From Faecousia sp. (GTDB taxonomy: Bacteria > Bacillota > Clostridia > Oscillospirales > Oscillospiraceae), in contig JAZPXW010000146.1 of the NCBI GenBank assembly GCA_045543895.1, forward strand, positions 1-39,193: a stretch of DNA of 39,193 nt, read 5' to 3'. Positions 37,371 through 39,193 of this stretch are shown here, piece by piece. The notes under the pieces are model-generated. The model ran no database searches. It was not told the DNA's origin and worked only from the letters and a program-made list of their open reading frames with translations. Numbering within the stretch: the first letter of the stretch is position 1; each line of letters opens with the position of its first letter. A program made the translations under genes and the position numbers.

Positions 37371-37961
37371 TTACTGAACCTCCTGATCCCGAAAGGTAAT
37401 GGTTCCGGTCTCCGCATCCATGGCATCCACGATGGCCAGAGATTCCACATGGTAACCCAAATTGCGGATCACTCTGCCGCCGATCTGGAATCCCTTCTCA
37501 ATGACAATGCCGCAGCCTTCCACGATGGCACCGGCAGACTCAGCAATGTTGATCAAGCCCTGGAGGGCGCAGCCGTTGGCAAGGAAATCATCGATGATCA
37601 GAATGTGTTCACCCTCATGGAGGAACTTCTTGGACACGATGACCTGATTCTTGTTCTTATGGGTAAAGGATTCCACCTCTGCAACGAACATATCGCCGTC
37701 AATGTTGATGGACTTGGATTTCTTGGCAAACACCATGGGAACACCGAATTCCTTTGCCACAAATGCAGCAATGCCAATGCCGGAAGCCTCAATGGTCAGC
37801 ACCTTATCCACCTGCTTTTGACCAAAGCGGCGCTTGAATTCCCGGCCAATTTCCTCCATCAGAGCAATGTCCATCTGGTGATTCAGAAAGCTGTCCACCT
37901 TCAGCACATTGCCGGATTTCACAATGCCATCCTTTACGATTCTTTCTTCTAAAAAGTTCAT
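37371..37961 (-). CDS. xpt: Xanthine phosphoribosyltransferase
   Basis: Motifs VLKVDSFLNHQ, TIEASGI, FAKK, the PRPP motif LIIDDFLANG and IEKGFQ. Confidence 0.95.
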   Translation of the reverse strand: MNFLEERIVKDGIVKSGNVLKVDSFLNHQMDIALMEEIGREFKRRFGQKQVDKVLTIEASGIGIAAFVAKEFGVPMVFAKKSKSINIDGDMFVAEVESFTHKNKNQVIVSKKFLHEGEHILIIDDFLANGCALQGLINIAESAGAIVEGCGIVIEKGFQIGGRVIRNLGYHVESLAIVDAMDAETGTITFRDQEVQ

Positions 37962-37987
37962 TTCTCTCTATCTCCCTTTTCTAAGGT

Positions 37988-38092
37988 TTATTTTACAATA
38001 TTTCTCGCCACATGGACGCCGCTGGCGGAGGCATGGGATAGTGAATGGGTGATGCCGCCAGGACCGGCGCCAATGATGACACCGTAGTTCAT
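37988..38092 (-). pseudogene. Internally deleted remnant of a FAD-dependent oxidoreductase (34 codons)
   Basis: AGGGAG RBS, then MNYGVIIGAGPGGITHSLSHASASGVHVARNIVK*. A Rossmann start (VIIGAGPGG) is joined directly to a sequence resembling a flavoprotein C-terminal helix. Confidence 0.65.
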
Positions 38093-38153
38093 TCGTATTG
38101 CTCCCTATGTGAAGCGCGTAAAAGGAAATGCCCTTAAAGACAGATATTTACAG

Positions 38154-39193
38154 TTATACTAACACAAACCACGCAAAAAGTAAATGAGCAAGCTTCTCCC
38201 GATTATCAAAGAGAAACACCTCTGAAAGTAATCCCTGATTAACAAAATGCCGGAAGCAAGACGAATAGCAAGTTGATGTAACCAGCACACTTTTCACTAT
38301 AATCGCTGCAAAACCATCGTTTTCTGTCAATCGAGAAGCTAGCTCAGCAAACAATGCATATGTGTTCAGCTCCCCAACCAACGATACTTTCAAGAGCGGA
38401 TGTTTAGGGATCTCTTTTTTCACCGAAGCATAATCATCTTGCAGAAGCTGGTAATACTCCAACAGTTCTGGCCAATTTACCGCCAGTTTATTAATTTCCT
38501 TTTCGCGCTTGTTTTTCTGCGAGATTGCTGAAATTGCAGGACAAACCGGTCTAAAAAATGCCCGTTCTTCAAAGCGGAGCTTTTCCCATGGCGGATTTCC
38601 TAATACGACCAGATTTTGTTGTTCCAGTTCCAGGCAATTGATTCCTTCTGTCTCGGCATACAATCTGTTGAGCGCAAAATTATCAAATCTCACTCCTAGC
38701 GGTGCAATATTATCGCTATGAAGCAATGGATTGCCAACAGCAAAGTTCTTTGCGACCTCACGAAGCAAATTGTCATCGTCTTCTGCTTCAACTGTGGAAA
38801 CAATCCGCGCAATGGTTATCATCAGCGCTATTGGATTGACATCCACACCCCTCAACTGAGTTGCCAACTTCTTTCTGGAGTAGCCCGACACATGATTATC
38901 AAAATACTGGATTACCGCTAACAGAAATTCTCCGCACCCACATGAATAGTCCAGGAAGATCATATCCTCATACTCATTGCAATAAGCAAAAGAATCTGAA
39001 TCTATCGCACGCCTCCGCTTTCGATCGATGTAGCTCTCTAGCGCACGATAAGTAATTTGCGCAGAAAAGGCGGAAGAAGTATAGTATGCTCCCGCAATAT
39101 CCCGGCTAACTTTATCGAACTTATATCCAACACTATCAGGCTGTACACAAAACTCGCTTGCCAAAAGTGCATCATACAGGATTTCTGGCTTTG
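38154..39193 (-). pseudogene. N6-adenine DNA methyltransferase (type IIG/Eco57I-like) fragment; 5' end lies outside the window, 3' end apparently truncated
   Basis: SAM-binding motif I FLDYSCGCGEFL, GVDVNP, catalytic motif IV GNPPW, and NTYALF.ELA. The frame stays open to the window edge (...KPEILYDALL). It ends soon after FDNREK in an implausible tail. Visibly more AT-rich than the core genes. Confidence 0.7.

Noticed and set aside
37962-38190. Purine riboswitch expected upstream of xpt-pbuX
   Set aside because: I could not find the conserved aptamer core (UAUAAU...GG...GUUUCUAC...CCGUAAA). The space is taken by the 34-codon remnant.
38190-38195. HindIII site (AAGCTT) at the apparent methyltransferase truncation point as a cloning chimera
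   Set aside because: The hexamer also occurs inside intact genes in this window (for example citE and the second MATE gene), so coincidence is likely. It cannot be judged without reads.

Overview
This is a GC-rich chromosomal segment whose gene content and promoter style fit an anaerobic Clostridia-class bacterium (the taxon is inferred). The core is a B12-dependent glutamate fermentation cluster, glmS-glmL-glmE-mal. It sits next to a complete citrate-lyase-type system: citD-citE-citF, with a divergent citC, an uncharacterised P-loop/tRNA_SAD protein, and a citX-citG fusion. In this context the lyase probably acts on citramalate. Also present: two MATE transporters, trkA-trkH, pdxK, a PHP phosphoesterase, a DEDDh exonuclease, an alpha/beta hydrolase, a secreted SGNH/dockerin-like protein, a 1.6k-aa membrane-anchored endonuclease I-family protein with nested repeats, a Mn-catalase, a FAD/Rieske oxidoreductase, an XRE regulator, xpt-pbuX, and a truncated, more AT-rich N6-adenine methyltransferase at the right edge. 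The main unannotated signals are: (1) a leader-peptide (MIVREVVSG) attenuator with mutually exclusive helices upstream of an rsgA-paralog-GNAT-GNAT operon, a candidate ribosome-stress or antibiotic-inducible unit; (2) the P-loop plus AlaX-like protein inside the lyase maturation operon; (3) a 34-codon ORF upstream of xpt that looks like the first and last residues of a flavoprotein fused by a deletion; (4) a GTAG-type REP pair with an insert in one arm; (5) a missed 58-aa ORF divergent from the XRE gene, with two operator-like palindromes between them. All family assignments come from motif recognition by eye; no searches were run.
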